Counted from the first letter of the stretch, positions 48,369 through 61,290 are shown. The stretch: 64,000 nucleotides of DNA from Squalus acanthias (GCA_030390025.1 JASTWF010000034.1:434001-498000), one strand, 5' to 3'. Made by a program: numbers and translations. The notes: a model not told the origin generated them from the letters alone.

Positions 48369-50619
48369 AGCAAGATGCACATCAGATGCTCCCAGCTAAT
48401 GTATAAACAGTGACATGAAGAGAAAAACTACACTAGCTCAACAATGTGCCTTAACCTCAGTCTTAAGAGCAGCTATACCAATTTCTTTCCGATTCCTACA
48501 GCAGCCACCTTTGACAGTGAGATTGATAATTTAATATGGAATTGCATTTACTATGAACTGGATTGTGCCAACCCAAATACTCAAGATCTTTACCCCAAAC
48601 AGCAGTCTGGGTTAGATTCAAGCCTCAGTCCCAGAGGTGAAAGGATCGTAACGTGTCCAGCTTTCCACCATCTTTTTTGAACTAATGTCTCTATTTCTTC
48701 CCATGTCAGTTTACAAGTACCTATTGCTGCTAATACCGATCAACCTACGTGGAGGTATGCAAAATAGGCTTCGGGTTACGAGTTCTTTTACACAATTTAT
48801 TTTTAACCTTTCCTTCCTATGGGGAAACGTCTAAGGGAAAGTGCAGCTGAAAGCCGGACATCCAAATAAGTATTGGGATTCACTCTGGGGAAATTACAGA
48901 TTTGAACCATGTCCTGCAGAGTGGGATTCCAGTGTGTTGCTTCACCATGTCTTTTTAAAACTGCTTTGCCTTTTTATTTTGTGCTGCCGAAGTAGCAAGT
49001 TAAGGTAATTTGTTTCCTTTTGTTTTTGAAAAAATGTAATGCAGTACAAGTATGTTGTTATTCAGTGACAATGGTAGATTTCTTTTTGGCTTTGTGGAAT
49101 TTAATGAAGATAAATATACTATTTTGCACAGACCGATATTCAGTGGAATCACCACTATTGTTGACAATTGCCTTCCATAACAGAGGCCACCACACATATT
49201 TTTCCAAGAAGCATCTCCCTTTTGTTGGACACCACAAGCATTTTAGGGAGGTTTGGTTCGTGCAAATAGAGTCAAAAGAAACACCGTGTAGTATTCTCCA
49301 ACTCTGGTAACTAAGAAGAAAACCTTAATGAAGGATCTTCCACTATTAATATTTTCTCTTGAAAAATGGCAGAACATCCTGTTAGAGAGTATCCCGATGG
49401 GAAGCAAAGGTGAGGAATTTGAGCACATGCAATACCAGAGAGTACAGGCTTTTTGTAGAATAGTATGGGATTTCAAAATGTGTAATTTTGATGCTTTGTA
49501 TGGTTAGATGGAGGTCTTGAGGAATGTTTTAAGACTTTGCAATAATGAGCAGAACTGGTCATTTGCAAGTGGAATCGGGTAGTCTGTAGAACCCTTTAAA
49601 TATCCCCCACAGAATAAGTACAGAAATTCACCCTTTTTTTTTACAGAACATACAATCTAACCTATTAACATCCATGTATCCCTTACTCCAGTAACTCATG
49701 CAGCTGCAATATGTATTATAGTCTGTCTCTGTCTTTCTCTTGCATTATTCAAACAGGCATGCACAGGTGTGGAATGTGTAGGAGCAACATTCCCCCTTTG
49801 GTCAGGAGAGTCTCTGTTGGAGGATATCATGTTTCATATCTTTAGCAAGTTGTGATAAAAGACAGGCAGGTTGGAGAAGAAAATTTCCTGCAGTTTGATG
49901 CAGAACTGCTTGTTTATTCCACACTTTCCTTTCACCCGGAAACAAATCTATTGGGTCCCTCTGGACATCCGTGATCACAGCAGGAAGAGGGGACAAGGTG
50001 ATTAGCTGATTGATGACATGTAGCAAGCTTGACCAAATACCAAGCTCAGCAGAGACTTTCTCCGGCTCAGTCCAAGTATTTTCCAGATTCCCAAATACAA
50101 AGTATGGATGGTGCGCTCCACAAGAAGTCCACCCGCCACAGACTAACCAAGAACCCCCAGCATTTGTTCCAGTTGATCTTTGGAAAGGAAACTGCTAAGT
50201 GCACCCACAAACACTTCCATATCCACTGTGCACCAACCAGATGCTTAATCACAAGCACTACATTTCTATCAAGCCCATGGACAGATATGAGCCATTTCTA
50301 TATACGTCAAAGAATAGCAGATTCCAATGTAGATGGTGTAAATGAATGCATACTGGAACAAAACAGCTAACAATTGCACAGTTTAAGAATATTTATTGGT
50401 AAACATGAATAAAGAAAATGATTTGGGTGTGATCATTAATCATTTATTGGAAATTTCCATTCAATAAGCTAACAGCTTCACAAGTATTGTGATTAACATT
50501 TCATCAACAGAGCTAATCAAATAGTATGATACATCTTGACTATATAAAAAGTTATTCTAACCTCTTGTATAGAACATGATGCTTTGGAGATGGTTCAGAG
50601 GAGAGCACTGAGGATAAAT

Positions 50620-51250
50620 TCAGAATTTATAGGGGGAGGTTGTAGGGCTGAAGGAGGTTACAGATATGGAGGGGTGAGGATATAGAGGGATTTAAACACA
50701 AGGATGATAATTTTAAATTTAAAACATTTGTGGACTGGGAGCCAACATGAATCAGAGGACAAGTGTGATGGGCAAGTGGGACTCGTGTTATGGAGGAACT
50801 GAAGTTTTTGGAGGGTGGGAATTTGGCTAGAAGAGCGTTGAGTAATCACATTTGGAGGTGACAAAGGAACATATAAGGGTTTCAGCAACAAATAGACTGA
50901 GGTAGGGGTGGGAATGTTACGGAGGCAGAAGTAGAGGATATGGAGATAGAAGTACAGTTTGGTGTCAAACAGGATGCTGCGGTTGTAAACTGTCTTGATC
51001 AGCCTGAGACAGTGGCTAGGAAGGGGAATGCAGTCAGTGGTAAGGGAATGGGACTGAGGGCAATAGGTTTGATCTACCCTGTGTTTAGTTGGAGGAAATT
51101 ATGGTTCATCTAAGACAGACGGCTTGCCTGGCATCCAAACAGCACAAAGGCAGTGGAAGGGTTGAGTGGAGCTGGAGAGGTAAAGTTGGGTGACATTGGC
51201 ACATGTGCAGAAGCTGATGCCATTTTTGATGGTTATGCTGAGCTGCTAAT
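50620..51250 (-). mobile_element. L2-type LINE fragment
   Basis: WLPVHKCFKFKIIILVFKSL..LTPPYL. Confidence 0.65.
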
Positions 51251-51257
51251 TGCCATA

Positions 51258-53260
51258 TTAAATCTTCGCTGAACTCCTTCCATGGCAAGAACATCCTTCC
51301 TCAGATAAGGCGACAAAAACTGCACACAGTACTCAAGGTGTGGTCTCACCAAGGCCCTGTAGAACTGCAAAAGGACATCCCTGTTCCTATACTCAAACCA
51401 TTTCACTATGAAGGCCAACATACCATTTGCCTTCTTCACCGCCTGCTGCACCTGCATGCTTACTTCCAGCAACTGGTGCACAAGGACACCCAGGTCTCGT
51501 TACACTTCCCCTTCTCCCAATCTATTGCCATTCAGATAATAGTCTGCCTTTCTGTTTTTGACACCAAAGTGGATAACCTCGCACTTATCCACGTTATATT
51601 GCATCTGCCACGCTTCTGCCCACTCACCCAACCTGTCCAAATCATCCTGGAGTTTCTCGGTATCCTCCTCGCAGCACACACTCCCACCCAGCTTTGTGTC
51701 ATCTGCAAACTTGGAGATATTACATTTAGTTCCCTTATCTAGATCATTAATTTATATTGTTAATAGCTGGGGTCCAAGGACCGATCCCTGCGGTACCCCA
51801 CTAGTCACTGCTTGCCACTCGGAAAAAGACCCATTAATTCCTACTCTCTGCTTTCTGTCCGCCAAACAGTTCTCTATCCAAGTCAATACCTTGCCCCCAA
51901 TCCCATGTGCCTTAACCTAGCACGCTAATCTCTTATGCGGGACCTTATCGAAAACCTTTTGAAAGTCCACATACACCACATCTACTGGTTCTCCCTTATC
52001 TATTTTCCCAGTTACATCCTCAAAAAATTCCAGTAGATTAGTCAAGCACGATTTACCTTTCGTGAATCCATGTTGAATTTGTCCGATCCTGTCAATGTTT
52101 TTCAACTGCTCAGCTATTACATCCTTTATAATGGACTCTAGCATTTTCCCCAATACCAATGTCAGGCTTACCGGTCTGTAATTCCCCGCTTTCTCTCTAC
52201 CACCCTTTTTGAATAGTGGGGTAACATTAGCTACCCTCCAATCCATGGGTACAGTTCCAGATTCCATCGAATGCTGGAAGATGACCAGCAATGCATCTAC
52301 TATTTCTTGGGCCACTTCATTAAGTACTCTAGGATGTAGATAATCAGGCCCTGGGGATTTATCGGCCTTCAATCCCGTCAATTTCCCTAACACCATTTCC
52401 CTGCAAATACTGATTTCTTTCAGTTCCTCCCTTTCATCAGACCGTATGTTCTCCAACATCTCTGGGAGGTTATTTGTGTCCTGCTTTGTGAAGACAAACC
52501 AAAATATGTATTAATTGGTCTGCCATTTCTTTGTTGCCCATTATAACTTCCCCCGCTTCTGACTGCAAGGGACCTACACTTGATTTCACTAATCTTTTTC
52601 TCTTCACATATCTATAAAAGCTCTTACAGTCAGTTTTTATGTTCCCTGCAAGCTTACTTTCATATTCTATTTTCCCCTTCTTAATTAATCGCTTTGTCCT
52701 CCTTTGCTGAATCCTAAACTGCTCCCAATCCTCAGGGCTACCGCTTTTTCTGGCCAATTTATATGCCCTCTCCTTGGATCTTATGGTATCCCTAATTGAC
52801 CTTGTAAGCCACGGTTGAGTCACCCTTTTTGTTTTATTCTTATGCCACACTGGGATGAACAAATTCTGTAGTTCATCCATGCAGTCTTTGAATGTTTGCC
52901 ATTGCCTATCCACCGTCAACCCCTTGAGTGACATTCCCCAATCAATCCTACCCAATTCGCGCCTCATACCATCGTAGTTTCCTTTATTTAAATTCAGGAC
53001 CCGAGTCTCTGATTCAACTACTTCACTCTGCATCCTAATGAAGAATTCTATCATATTATGATCACTCTGACCCAAGGGGCCTCGTACAACAAGATTGCTA
53101 ATTAATCCTTATCGTTACATAATACCCAGTCTAAGATGGCCTGATCTCTGGTTGGTTCCTCGACATATTGTTACAGAAAACCATCTCGTAAACATTCTAG
53201 GAATTCCTCCTCCACAGTATTTTTACTAATTTGATTAGCCGAATCTATATGTAAATTAAA
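51258..53260 (-). mobile_element. CR1 ORF2 internal fragment (end of endonuclease through RT)
   Basis: GQSDHNMIEF, KSPGPDYLHPRVL, DWRVANVTPLFKKG, QHGFTKGKSC, YRALVRPHLEYCVQF. Confidence 0.94.
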
Positions 53261-53317
53261 GGAGAGAGAGAGAAAGGAACAGGGAGAGAGAGAGACAGAG
53301 GTAGAAAGAGAAATCAG

Positions 53318-53349
<32 letters not shown>

Positions 53350-53980
53350 GAGAGAGAGAGAGAGAGAGACCTTGAGAGAGAGAGAGTAACCAGGAGAGAG
53401 AGAGAGATAAACCAGGAGAGAGAGAGAGACCGAGAGAGAAACTGGGAGAGAGAGAGACAGACAGAGAGAGAAACTGGGAGGGAGAGAGATAGAAACCGGG
53501 AGAGAGACAGAGGGAGAGAAACTGGGTGGGAGAGAGAGAGAGAGAGACAGAGAGTGAAACTGGGAGAGAGAGATAAACGGGGAGAAAGAGAGAGAGAGAG
53601 AAAGCGGGAGAGAGAGAGAGACAGAGAGAGAGAGAGATAGAGAGAGAGAGAAACTGGGAGAGAGAGAGAGAGAGAGACAGAGGGAGAGAGAGAAGCTGGG
53701 AAAGAGAGTGAAAAACTGGGAGAGAGAGAGAGAAAATGGGAGAGAGAGAGAGACATAGAGAAACAGGGAGAGAGAGAGAAACTGGGAGAGAGAGAGAAAA
53801 ACTGGGAGAGAGAGAAAAAAAACTGGGAGAGAAATAAACTGGGAGAGAGAGAGAGAGAGAAAGGGAGAGAAGAGAGATAAAAGGAGAGAGATAGAGAGAC
53901 AGAGAGAGAAACTGGGAGAGAGAGAGAGAGAAACTGGGAGACAGAGAGAGAGAAACCGGGAGAGAGATTGAGAGAGAGGG
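53261..53980. repeat. Continuation of the GA-rich satellite
   Basis: Same AAACTGGGAGAGAG punctuation as 40750-46945. Confidence 0.92.
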
Positions 53981-54636
53981 GTTGACTGGGTTAAACACAC
54001 AGGGAGAGACAGTGGCTCTGGGGGTCTCGAGTGTTTAGTCACTGCCCCGCTCCCAGCGTCTGCAGAAAAGCCCCTCTGTCACATCCTGCCAGAATGTCAA
54101 GATTCAGAAATCAATCCTAGGACGGCGATTTTAAGAAGTGTCCCAAAGGAATCAGCAGCTTAATCCCTTTTAAAAGAGAGGTTGGCACTTTCTGGGGAGT
54201 GCGGGGATGTTCCCAGCCTTGGAATACACGCCGCCGTTGCCATTTTAATGAGGTTCTGAGTGTGGCATTATTTCTGAGTCTCTCTGCACCTCTTTCTGTA
54301 TCTCTCTCTGATCCCACATTGCCCGGTTTAAAATATTGCCTCTATTGTTTGTTTCAGTTTCTCAGTCCCTCTCACTGATTCTGTATATTCTGTATATTAC
54401 TTTCAGTATATGTTACTCTCACCCTCTCTGTATCTTCGCCCGTTCTCTTCTGTTTAACTGAGGGAGTGAACAGAAGAGAAAGCGCAGGGGCTCGTGTGGG
54501 ATCAGTGTTTGATATTTTCACAAGTGCCAGAGGTAAAGGTTTTAAATCAGCGAAAAACAAAGGCCTGGTCAGAGCAGCGATGCCCTGGGCTATTAAGGGA
54601 TTAAAATATCAATGGTCAAGGCAGAATCAGAAAGGT

Positions 54637-57225
54637 ACACAAGCAAAATACTGCGCATGCTGGAAATCTGAAATAAAAACAGAAAATGCAGCAAATACTC
54701 AGCAGGTCAGGCAGCATCGGTGGGAAGGGCGGAGCTAGCAAATGCCTGACCCTCATCCCCTTACGCCGCATCTGAATGAATTTCGAGCTCCGCATGATGC
54801 TGAGCTCTTTTTCCGCTGCCTTCGCCTCCGTGCCCACTTCTTTGGACGGGAGTATTCCCCCGCACAGCTGACCCTTTCTCCCGTTTTCAGAATTCTCGTT
54901 CTACCTTAACCTCTCGAGATCTTTTCATTGCAAACTGCCGGCGTGACATCGGCCGTCTCTGCTCCCCTCATTCACTCCAACCTACCTCCCTCTGAACATC
55001 AGCACTCCATTCTCTCAGATCCAACTCCAACATTGTCACTGAATGTGCTGACAAGGGTGGTGCTGTGATTGTTTGGCGAACCGACCTCTACCAAGCGGTG
55101 GCTGAACGCCAACTCGCTGACACATCCTCGTACCTCCGCCTGGTCCATGACCCCTCTACCGAACATCAAGCCACCGTTTCCAAGACCGTCACTGAACTCA
55201 TCTCCTCTGGAGATCTTCCCTCCATGGCCGCCAACCTCATAGTGCCCCAACCACGCACAGCCCGCTTCTACCTCCTTCCCTAGATCCACAAACAGGACTG
55301 CCCTGCGAGACCCAACGTTTCAGCCTGTTTTTGCCACACGGAACTTATCTCTTCCTATCTCGACTCTATTTTTTCTCCCCTTGTCCAGTCTCTTCCCACC
55401 GACATCCGCAACTCTCCCGATGCCCTCAAACCAATTTAACATTTTCCAGTTTTCTGGCCCCAACCAATCCTTTTCACTATGGACGTCCAATCCCTCTACA
55501 CCTCTACCGCCCTCCAGGATGGCCTGAGGGCGCTCCGCTTCTTCCTTGAACACAGGCCCAACCAGTCCCCATCCACCACCATCCTCCTCCGCCTGGCTGA
55601 ACTTGTTCTCACATTGAACAACTTCTCCTTTGGCTCCACTCACTTCCTCCAAATTAAAGGTGTTGCTATGGGAACCCGCATGGGTCCTATCTATGCCTGC
55701 CTTTTCGTGGTATATGTGGAACATTCTTTGTTCCAGTCCTATTCAGGTCCCCACCCTTACCTTTTTTCCCGGTACTTTGATGACTGTATCGGTGCTGTTT
55801 CCTGCACTCGCTCAGAACTAGAAAATTTCATTCACTTTGCTTCCAATTTCCACCCTTCTCTCACCTTCACATGGTCCATCTCCGACTCTTCTCTTCCCTT
55901 CCTCAGCTTCTCCGTGTCCATCTCTGGGGATATGCTATTGACAAAGATTCACTACAAGCCCACTGACTCCCACAGCTACCTGGACTACACTTCCTCCCAC
56001 GCCGCTTCCTGTAAGGGCTCTATTCCATTTTCCCAGTTTCTCCATCTCCACCGCATCTGCTCTGACGATGGCACCGTCTATATTAGTGTTTCCAACATGC
56101 CTTCCTTTTTTCTCAACCGAGGATTCCCCTCTACTGTGGTTGACAAGGCCCTTGACCGTGTCCGTTCTATTTCCTGCACCTCTGCTCTCACCCATTCCCC
56201 TCCCTCCCGGAACTGCGATAGTATTCCCATTGTCCTCAAATTTCACCCCACCAGCCTCCACATTCAACGGATCATCCTCCGCCATTACCGCCACCTCCAG
56301 CGTGATCCCACCACCAAACACATCTTCCCCTCACCTCCCCTTTCAGCATTCCGAAGGGACCTCTCACTCCAGACACCCTGGTCCACTCCTCTATCACCCC
56401 CAACACTGCTTCCCCTTCGCCTGGCATCTTCCCGTGCAAGCGCAGGAGATGCAACACATACATTTGACATCCACCCTTCCCACTGTCCAGGGCCCCAAAT
56501 CCTCCTTCCAGGTGAAACAGCAATTTACTTGTGCTTCTTGCAATTTAGTATACTGTATTCGCTGCTCACGATGCAGTCTCCTCTACATTGGGGAGACCAA
56601 ACGCAGATTGGGTGACCGCTTTGCGGAACACCTCCATTCAATCCGTAAGTGTGACCCCAAGCTTCCGGTCGCCTGTCACTTTAATTCTTCGCTCCACTCC
56701 CACTCTGACCTCACTGTCCTCGGCCTCTTACACTGTTTAAATGAAGCTCAACGGAAGCTCGAGGAACAGCACCTTATCTTTCGATGAGGTACACTTCCAA
56801 CCTTCTGGACTCAACATAGAGTTCAACAATTTCAGAACATGAACTCTGCCCCAATCCTTTTTTGATTTACTCTCTTTTATGGCAGCTGTCTTTCCTTCTG
56901 CCAGTGCCATTTACGCTTCATCTGGAGCCATCTTTTGTTTCTTAACTTGTCCCATTAATATCTCCTTTTGCCTTGCACCATCTCTTTATCTCTCTTAATC
57001 TTTCTTAATCTCTCCTGCCTTCCATCATATCACAGACCTTCCTTTTTGTTCTTTCCTCCCCTCCCCCCTTTCCCTGTCCCGACACTTGCTTAAAAATCTT
57101 TTCCATCTCTAGCTTTTTCCAGTTCTGACGAAGGGGCATCGACCTGAAACGTTAACTCTGTTTCTCTCTCCACAGATGCTGCCTGACCTGCTGAGTATTT
57201 CCAGCATTTCCTGTTTTTATTTCAG
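54637..57225 (+). mobile_element. Penelope-like retroelement (RT + GIY-YIG endonuclease), decayed, with inverted 5' pLTR piece and 15-bp flanking direct repeat
   Basis: MDVQSLYT, QIKGVAMGTRMGP.YACLF, RYFDDC, IHYKPTDSHSYL; NLVYCIRCSRC..LYIGETKRRLGDRFAEH; about 54665-54720 is the reverse complement of about 57170-57225; CAGAATCAGAAAGGT at 54622-54636 and 57223-57237. Confidence 0.93.
57121..57157 (+). ncRNA. Minimal type I hammerhead-ribozyme-like motif in the Penelope pLTR
   Basis: AGTT-CTGACGA-AGGGGCATCGACCT-GAAA-CGTT-AACT: core boxes, AGTT/AACT stem I, palindromic AACGTT stem III. Confidence 0.6.
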
Positions 57226-57984
57226 AATCAGAAAGGTGTCCTGGTCAAACCATTCTGTTTAACGTGTCAGAGCAGTGCTGCCCTGGCCTATTAAGGGATT
57301 AACATATCAAAGGACAAGGCAGAATCAGAAAGGTGTGCTGGATTAACATGTCACTGGGCAGAAACCGGGCAGAGAGACACTTCCGAACGGCGGGAGGGAG
57401 CAGCTCCAGCCCACTCTACAAACTGCTGAGCTGGGAGCGGGGGAGGGTGGGGTGGGTCCCAGTCCCAATACCCACCCCCCTTTCTCCAGGGGAGGCGAAC
57501 AACCTCAAGCCTTGTTCCGCCTGTGTGTGTGTCTTCTCAACCCCGCTCGTCAATCTTGTTCCTCTTGACATTCTCTGAGTTTATAACTGGGATGGACCTG
57601 ATGCTGAGAGATTGTCGCTGGACCTGAGCGAGCGAGAGTGAAGGGGCCTGGGCTCTTGCTGTGTAGTTTATTTTTTATTTCATTGCTGGCTTTGTTTTAA
57701 TCAATTTCCATTTCTCTCTCTCCCCGAGTAGAATTTCAATGGAAGCTGCAAGGTGACGATGCAGAGAGAGAGAGAGTATTTTGGATGTGGAATCCTTGGG
57801 TAAGAGCTTCCTTCAGAGGGGAGTGACTGAGGCCCCTCAGCACCGGCTGTCCACAATGTGTCTGTTTAACACCCCGGGATTCATTTCCGTCGCTTGCTCC
57901 CCCAATCGCCAAATGCAAATTCTACATCTTTCTGCCCCTCCCTCTCTCTCTCTCCCACTGTGGAAAAGGCGCTTAAGATGACAT

Positions 57985-58480
57985 ACAATATACTTTCCTT
58001 TATTAGCCGAGGAATATGGAATACAAGAGCAGCGAAGTTATGCTACAACTGTATCAAACGCTAATTAGGCCACAGCTAGAGTACTGTGTACAGTTCTGGT
58101 CACATTACAGGAAAAATGTGATTGCAGTAGAGAGGGTACAGAGGAGAGTCACAGGGATGTTGCTGGGACTGGAGAATTTTAGCTATGAGGAAAGTTTGGA
58201 TAGGCTGGGTTTGCTTTCTTTCGAATAGGGGAGACTGAGGGAGATTAAGTATAGTTGTATAACATTATGATGGGCCGAGATAGAGTGGATGGGAAGGACT
58301 GATTTCCCTCAGCAGTGAATTCAATAACAAGGGGATATATATGCACTTGAAGTGCCGTAACCTCTGAGGCGACAGACCAAGAGCAGGAAAGTGGGATTAG
58401 GCTGGATAGCTTTATAAATCGGCCGGCACAGACACGATGGGCCAAATGTCCTCCTTCTGTGCCATAACCATGTATGATTC
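57985..58480 (+). mobile_element. CR1 3' fragment
   Basis: LYQTLIRPQLEYCVQFWS..YEESLDRLGL; 3' UTR ACGATGGGCCAAATG. Confidence 0.85.
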
Positions 58481-59023
58481 CCTATCTCTGTACCCAGTTC
58501 ACCATCTCTCTGTCCCTTACAGTCTGGGACCAGTGACAGAGACACACGCAGACCGTTCAGTTAGAAGCACCTGTCCCTGTAGACACATTAGGGGTTGAAT
58601 TTCCACAGGGAGTTCTATAGATCGCCCAATGTAAGCTGTATAGCCCACTATCCATCTCCCTTCCTCTCCAGTTACACCTCTGTATCTGTACATCTTTCTT
58701 TATATCTCTGCCTCTCCATCTCTTTCTCTGTATCTACATCACTCTGTCTTTCTCTATATCTCCAACTCTCTATTTCTGCATCCCTCTACCTAACTCTCTC
58801 TGCAACTCTCTCCCTCTCTCTTTGTCTATCTGCCTATCTCTTTCTACCCTCTTTCTTTTTTGAATCTCAGTTTCTCTGCCTTCTGGTCTCTGTTCCTCTC
58901 ACTGGTTCTGGCTCCCTGTCTGTCTCTGCTATTCCCTATCTAGCTCCGTCTCTCAGTTAGTTCTGTCCCGATGTGCTTCTCTCTTTCTGTCTCTCTGCTT
59001 TCTGCTCCTCAGTCCCTTTCACT

Positions 59024-59199
59024 GGGCTGGATGTTGACTTGATGCCACAGTGTGAATCCGGTGATAATGACCCGGGATCCCGCGTTACATCCCTCCCGAG
59101 GTTTATTTCCATCGATGTAAAAATAGGGAGAGATGTGAAACGAGCTGCTGGTTCACAATCACCCGGTTTGATCTATAGCACCAAGTCAAAATCTACCCC
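59024..59199. mobile_element. 176-bp MITE with about 22-bp terminal inverted repeats
   Basis: GGGCTGGATGTTGACTTGATGC vs reverse complement of the right end GGGGTAGATTTTGACTTGGTGC (18/22). Confidence 0.7.
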
Positions 59200-59565
59200 A
59201 ATGTTTCTTTCCCTCTCTATGTCTCTGCTCACTGACTGTCTCTGCCTCTCTCCTGTAAATGGAGTCCTTCGTCAACCAATGTTTCTGTGTCACTTCTCTG
59301 TTCAGGTGTAAGGGACACTCAGCTCAGGTTTTGATTCCCTGTACACTGATGGGGGTTCAGAGTGGGAACACTTTTCTGCACTAAGCGATGCGTCTAGAGT
59401 TGGGATTGTGCTGTGTGCAAAAGGTCTGGAATGCCAGTCAGCCTGTGCATGTCTCCATCTCTTGCTCCATGTCTGCCCCTCTGATCTCTAATCTTCGCCC
59501 TCCCCCCCCCCCCCCCACCACCACCCACCAGATCTCAATCTCTCTCCACCTGTATGCCCAGGCTT

Positions 59566-60136
59566 CTCAATCACTCTCCAATTAGGTTCCAGCCACTCAC
59601 TATAAAGCCACTGAGTGAGCGGCGACAGCCATTTTGCGCCAGGTGCAGATGGGGTGTGCAGCCATTTTGTGCTTGGTGCAGGGGGGCAGCCATTTTGTGT
59701 TTTGTACGGGGGCCAGCAATTTTGTGTTTGTTGCGGGTGCGGGGGGGGGGCAGCAATTTTGTGTTTTGTGCGGCGGCCAGCAATTTGTGTTTGGTGCGGG
59801 GGGACAGCAATGTTGTGTTTTGTGTAGGGGGCAGCCATTTTGTGTTTGGTGGGGGGGCAGCCTTTTTTCGCTTGGTGCAGGGGTGCAGCCATTTCGTCTT
59901 TCGTGCGGAGAGAGGGGAAGCCATTTTGTGCTCGGTGCAGGGGCAGCCATTTTGTGCTTGGTACGGTGGCCAGCCATTTTGTGTTTGTTGAAGAGGGCAG
60001 CCATTTTGTGCTTGGTATGGAGTGGCAGCCATTTTCTGCTTGGTGCGGGGGGAGTATTTTCCAGAGTTTGTGTTAGTCTGGACATGAATTTAGCCAAATT
60101 AAAGTGGGTCGTGAGTTGGAGCCACACCAGGTAAGT
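59566..60136 (+). promoter_or_regulatory. Candidate Pol II promoter/first exon: CCAAT, TATA, ~28-bp repeat array of YY1-type motifs, ATG and splice donor
   Basis: CCAAT 59578, TATAAAG 59601, about 15 units with 9 exact GCCATTTT (59628-60035), ATG 60084, CAG|GTAAGT 60128-60136. Confidence 0.55.
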
Positions 60137-60564
60137 GAGTTACACAAGGGACAAAATAGTGTTTCACCAGCTGGGAGGAAGGAGATAGACAGGACGGGGG
60201 TGGGGGGGGCGAGTGTAATTAAACATTGATGGAGATATATGAGCATCTTATACAGGGAGGCTGTGGAGTTTCACCAAGGGAGTGGAGGGAGGAGTTTCAC
60301 AGAGGGAGAGATATTCAGGGCGAAGTGCACAGGGAGCTGGGATAAATTATACAGGGGGTGAGGAGATGAACGAGGTGAATTATTCAAGTGGGTGGAATTC
60401 ACAGGGGGCTGAAACGGGGCATTTCAAAGGGGGGCAAATTGTAGGTGGAGATTAAACGGGGTTTGTCATGCGGGGAGCTTCACGAGGGTGTGTAGTATGC
60501 TGCGGTACTATGGGGGGGTGGGGAGTTTAATGAGGTGTAGTATACCAGGGGGCAGGTGGTAGAA

Positions 60565-61290
60565 GAATCACAGGGGTATAGTGTACAGGGGGCTGTCACG
60601 GGGTATATTATACAGGGTGGTGTCACAGGGGTGTAGTATACAGGGGGTGCCACAGGTTTATATTATACAGGGTTGTGTCACAGGTGTATATTATACAGGG
60701 GTGTGCCACAGGGGAATATTGTACAGGGTGTGTCACAGAGGTATAGTATACAGGGGGTGTCACAGGTGTTTAGTGTACAGGGGGTGTCACAGGGGTATAG
60801 TGTACAGGGTGGTGTCACGGGGGTATTGTATACAGGGGGTGTCACAGGGGTATAGTATACAGGGGGTATCACAGGGGTATAGTGTACAGGGGTTGTCACG
60901 GGGGTATATTATGCAGGGTATGTCACAGGGGTATTGCATACAGGGGCTGTCACAGGGGTATAGTATCCGGGGGGTGTCACAGGGGTATAGTATACGGGGG
61001 GTGTCACGGGGTATTGCATACAGTGAGGTGTCACGTGGTTATAGTATATAGGGTGTGTAACGGGAGTATAGTGTACTGGGGCGTGTCACGGGGGTATAAT
61101 ATATAGGTGGGTGTCACGGGGGTATAGTATACTGGGGGTGTCACGGGGGTATATTATACAGTGGGTGTCACGGGGGTATATTGTACAGGGGGTGTCACAG
61201 GGGCATAGTAAACAGAGGTATTATACAGTGGAGTGCAAGAGAGTATTACAGGGGCATTATACAGGGCGTAGTATACGGGAGAATTATACA
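60565..61290. repeat. 27-28 bp G-rich tandem repeat (GTCACAGGGGTATAGTATACAGGGGGT)
   Basis: About 25 diverged units. Confidence 0.9.
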
